The position numbers and the translations under genes were made by a program. Of a stretch of DNA of 64,000 nucleotides, positions 60,161-64,000 are shown one piece after another. This DNA is from Eledone cirrhosa (lineage: Eukaryota): assembly GCA_964016885.1 (NCBI GenBank), contig OZ024741.1, positions 53,506,001 through 53,570,000 of the forward strand, given 5' to 3'. Every line of letters begins with the position of its first letter. The stretch's first letter is position 1. The notes under the pieces are model-generated. The model was not told the DNA's origin, did not search any database, and saw nothing but the letters and a program-made list of their open reading frames with translations.

Positions 60161-60852
60161 AAGGAAAAGCGAAGTAGTTTCAGATGTTCAAGTCCTTTAA
60201 TAATAATGCTGTGATATATATTTCAATGACGACACTGGCCACACTGTTCTGTGTGCGAGTGTCGTGACATCATCAGACAGCTTGGTACATAATAAGGTTA
60301 TGTTTCCGAGGCAATCCAAATTGAATCGACATGGGAACGGATGAAGTGTGTGCTTTTGGGTTCTTCATCCGTTCCCCTGTGAGTACCAGTTCACCCCACC
60401 GGTCTGCGCAGGCGCATGTCCGAAGGAAGTTGACCATTAGCTACCGCAGATTTCAACGAAATTCGCTTAGTCAGTTCACTATCTGCGGTAGCTAATGGTC
60501 AACTTCCTTCGGACATGCGCCTGCGCAGACCGGTGGGGGTGAATTGGTACTCACAGGGGAACGGATGAAGAACCCAAAAGCACACACTTCATCCGATCCA
60601 ATGTCGATTCAATTTGGATTGCCTCGGAAACATAACCTTATTATGTACCAAGCTGTCTGATGATGTCACGACACTCGCACACAGAACAGTGTGGCCAGTG
60701 TCGTCACTGAAATATATATCACAGCATTATTATTAAAGGACTTGAACATCTGAAACTACTTCGCTTTTCCTTATTCGATATTTACTCCGTCACTCCTATG
60801 TGGAAAAAGTACGTTGGGTGCTTGAATTGAATTGCATCGAATATTTACCCTA
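60157..60852. mobile_element. Fold-back element with 295-bp near-perfect arms, 29-nt spacer and one-sided tail, in (TA)n
   Basis: 60157-60451 is the reverse complement of 60481-60776. Confidence 0.9.
60652..60725 (+). ncRNA. Type I hammerhead ribozyme with extended stem II (mirror copy 60208-60281, minus strand)
   Basis: gctgt-CTGATGA-..acgacact..cacacag/cagtgtg..agtgtcgt..-GAAA-tatata-TC-acagc. Confidence 0.8.
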
Positions 60853-60941
60853 ATATATATATATACATATATATATATATAATATAATCCAGAATTAGCC
60901 GTCGAAACGGCTTGAGCTCAGCTGTCGGAGTCTTACTGGTT

Positions 60942-60983
<42 letters not shown>

Positions 60984-61251
60984 AGGAAAATATTAAAATA
61001 CAAAGGGGCTTGAAAGCGCACCTGGTACTTATATATAGAAAGGATCTTTATTACACGTATAAAAATTGATGCTAGCAAAGACTGCTTTCTCCATTTTGGA
61101 TCTTCAAAACATTTTTTATTAGGTTAAATTGTATTTTCACTAAAATTCCTGCAATGTCGTCGAAAATATCATGCAGGCGTTTCACTTATATACACACACA
61201 CGCGCGCGCGCGCGCACACACACACGCACACACATGTATATATATATATAC

Positions 61252-61314
<63 letters not shown>

Positions 61315-61335
61315 CACACACATATATATATATAT

Positions 61336-61374
<39 letters not shown>

Positions 61375-61417
61375 TACACACATATATATATATATATATA
61401 TACACATATATATATAC

Positions 61418-61448
<31 letters not shown>

Positions 61449-61787
61449 CTTATATATATGTGTAGATATATACATATATGCATAGGCATATATGCATATC
61501 TATGTACATAACACCAACAACTCAACAACAACAACACAATAATAATAATGACGTGAGTATATTGCCGTTACTTCTACTATTGATGATTAGTCGAGGAACA
61601 ACAACAACTACAACAACCACTCAACAGTCGCCACAACTATTACATAAAAAAAGATTGCCATCATAAATAAGATACATTACTATGACAGTATGAACAGCAT
61701 ATATGACAAAAGGCAACAGCAACAGCAACAGCAACAGGAACATCAACATATACACAGCACGGGAAACAAACAAGAACAGTAATGCTT

Positions 61788-61998
61788 TCTTATATAGGCA
61801 CAAGGCCAGCAATTTTGGGGGAGGAGAAAGTCGATTAAATCGACCACAGTGCGTGACTGGTACTTTATTTTATCGACCCCATAAGGATGAAAGGCAAAGT
61901 TAACCTCGGTTGGATTTGAAATCAGAACGTAAAGGGGCGTAACTCTATGCTGCAAACATGGCGTCCGAGACTCTACCGATACTACTAATCCACCGCCC
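61788..61998 (-). mobile_element. tRNA-derived SINE (family A, longer variant)
   Basis: Same head and central domain, plus an extra segment (gtcgattaaatcgac hairpin) before the tail. Confidence 0.8.
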
Positions 61999-63280
61999 TT
62001 AATGTTGATAATAATAAAGATTATAACGAAAATTTTCTCCTGGTGAGGCAGGTTTTATAGAAATAATTTCTCAATAAAAATACTCATGGGAAGGTAACTC
62101 CCACAAACCACTCTTATGGAACAATGATACAAAACAATAATAAATGAAGAACTTACGGTGAAGGTCTCTCGCCGTGTGGAGCCTTCCTAAACAGAAGAAA
62201 CGATCTGACAATGGACAGTCGTTACCAAGCAACAGATTACGCAAAAATGTATGCGCAGCAAGACGCAATTGGAGGAAGGGAGAGTGAGCTGCTACAGTCA
62301 TTGGATTTAATGAAAGAGAAAAATTGGAATGAAGCCGGATGTTTCATCAATTTTAATTAGGATTTTTCGTATTTCATTCTAAATTCTATGTACTTTGTTT
62401 GCAACAACAGCGTTCCTAAATCGCTCTGTGTATAAACGTTTCGATGTCTTTACAGCCACAACTTCAGAATGTGTATCATGTACATCGGATCAGACCAAAC
62501 AAACGGAACTTTGCTACCTCTTTCATCAAGAATGGAAATGAAAAACCTCGTGATAATGAAGAACTGAGGCAGTTTTTCATTTAAATGGTATTAACACTGA
62601 TTTTATATGCACACACTGAAACAAAAAATTCCTAACAAAGACTGAACATAATAGAATCCAATTCCCATTTCCAATGCCTCAGTCTCTCTCGCTCTCTCCA
62701 TCTCTCACTATTAAAAACATATAGGGACTCGTGCGCTAGTTGTACCGCGGCCCCGGCTGACAGAATAGAGAATAGAATTAGAATAGTTATACAAGTGGCT
62801 ATTTGGACAAGAGCTTAGCCATGTTGGTAAATACTCCTGGGAGAAGAAAGAAATCATGGGCACTTAATTTATAGTACCTCAGTGGTTGGTGGCTGGCAGA
62901 TAATATAATAGATATTGTGTCTGCTGTGTAAGTGTTAATTTAAAATAGGGCATTTGTCATTCGCTACACTTCCCTTGATACCTTGAAACAACTGATAATC
63001 ACGTGATCAATACATCAGTTTCCTGCCCCATTTGTTCCTGGGTATTGCGCTGTAAATGCCTTGTAATGTTAATAACCAACAAAGCAGGAATTTATGACAA
63101 GGAACTATGAAAAACCATTAATATAAATGATTAACGTGGAGCTCAGTCGTGTTTTCAATGAAACATGTTCCCTACTTATACATACATATGTATATACATA
63201 CATAAATTTAGAAATATATGCATATATATATATACTATATATATATATAAATGTATGTCTGTATATATATACATACACAA

Positions 63281-63334
<54 letters not shown>

Positions 63335-63910
63335 CGAAATATCCGTTTTGAATTACAAGTGCATTAGGAAATCGAACATTCTATACTTATGGACCTTATA
63401 TATATATTATATTATATTATATTGATATAATATAATAGCATAATTTGCTCAAATATAACCTAATACAATAGATTAAAAATTTCACGATATTTAATTGATC
63501 GCTTCTACCTGAATTAATATTTGAAAAAGACTGTCACGCATCATGTCCCTTCCTTCTTTCTTTTTTATTTCTTTTCCTTTACAGTTATGTATTCCATTCT
63601 CTATTACATCTCCTTCTTCTTACTTTTATCTTCATCTATTTAGGTTCTTCCCTCCCCTCTTATATTTAACACTCTCTCTCTCTTTTGTTTTTTCTCTAAC
63701 ACAGATATTTACGGGGTTATTTATGTCTTCTATATTTTCTCTTACTCACCCCCTCCTAAAACTTGTATATCGCTACATATCCCTCCCTCCATCACATTTA
63801 GTTTGTCATCTTATTACTTGTGGTATATAAATATTGAGTTTTGTTGTAATAAATCACTGCCAAGACTGAAATTGAACCATCAACACAGTTGAGGTATGTC
63901 AATTCATATA

Positions 63911-63972
63911 TTTTATCTGATGAGGACGTACTGAAAAAACAGCACAGTACCTCCGAAATATATATAATAAAA
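63911..63972 (+). ncRNA. Type I hammerhead ribozyme
   Basis: ttttat-CTGATGA-ggacgtactg(..)cagtacctcc-GAAA-tatata-TA-ataaaa. Confidence 0.8.
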
Positions 63973-64000
63973 CATATATTTTGATTATGTAAATGTCTCC

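Noticed and set aside
60157-60776. DNA transposon or MITE interpretation of the long inverted repeats
   Set aside because: The asymmetric tail, embedded hammerheads and similarity to PLE inverted pseudo-LTRs fit retro-derived fold-backs better, and no transposase is seen. This reading is not fully excluded.

Overview
AT-rich, microsatellite-saturated eukaryotic (metazoan) DNA. The SINE and repeat style suggests a cephalopod such as Octopus, which is an inference. No intact host gene is recognisable, and nearly all predicted ORFs are translations of simple repeats. The window holds decayed retroelements: Neptune-type and Naiad-type Penelope-like elements (PLEs), an R4/Dong-like REL LINE in (CATA)n, a Tx1/L1-like LINE, and several tRNA-derived SINEs. 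About 15 kb (13.3-28.2 kb) is ACC/GGT-rich minisatellite. The most striking hidden structure is a dozen or more unrelated, mostly non-coding fold-back or partial-tandem elements inserted in (TA)n tracts. Many carry minimal type I hammerhead ribozyme motifs with palindromic stem III, and one family has a compensated U3-A8 catalytic core. Other highlights are a 5S rRNA-tRNA-SINE chimeric retrocopy with a 20-bp TSD and a fixed-spacing E2F/E-box(/CCAAT) module repeated in a PLE 3' region. Coordinates were read by eye and may be off by a few bases.
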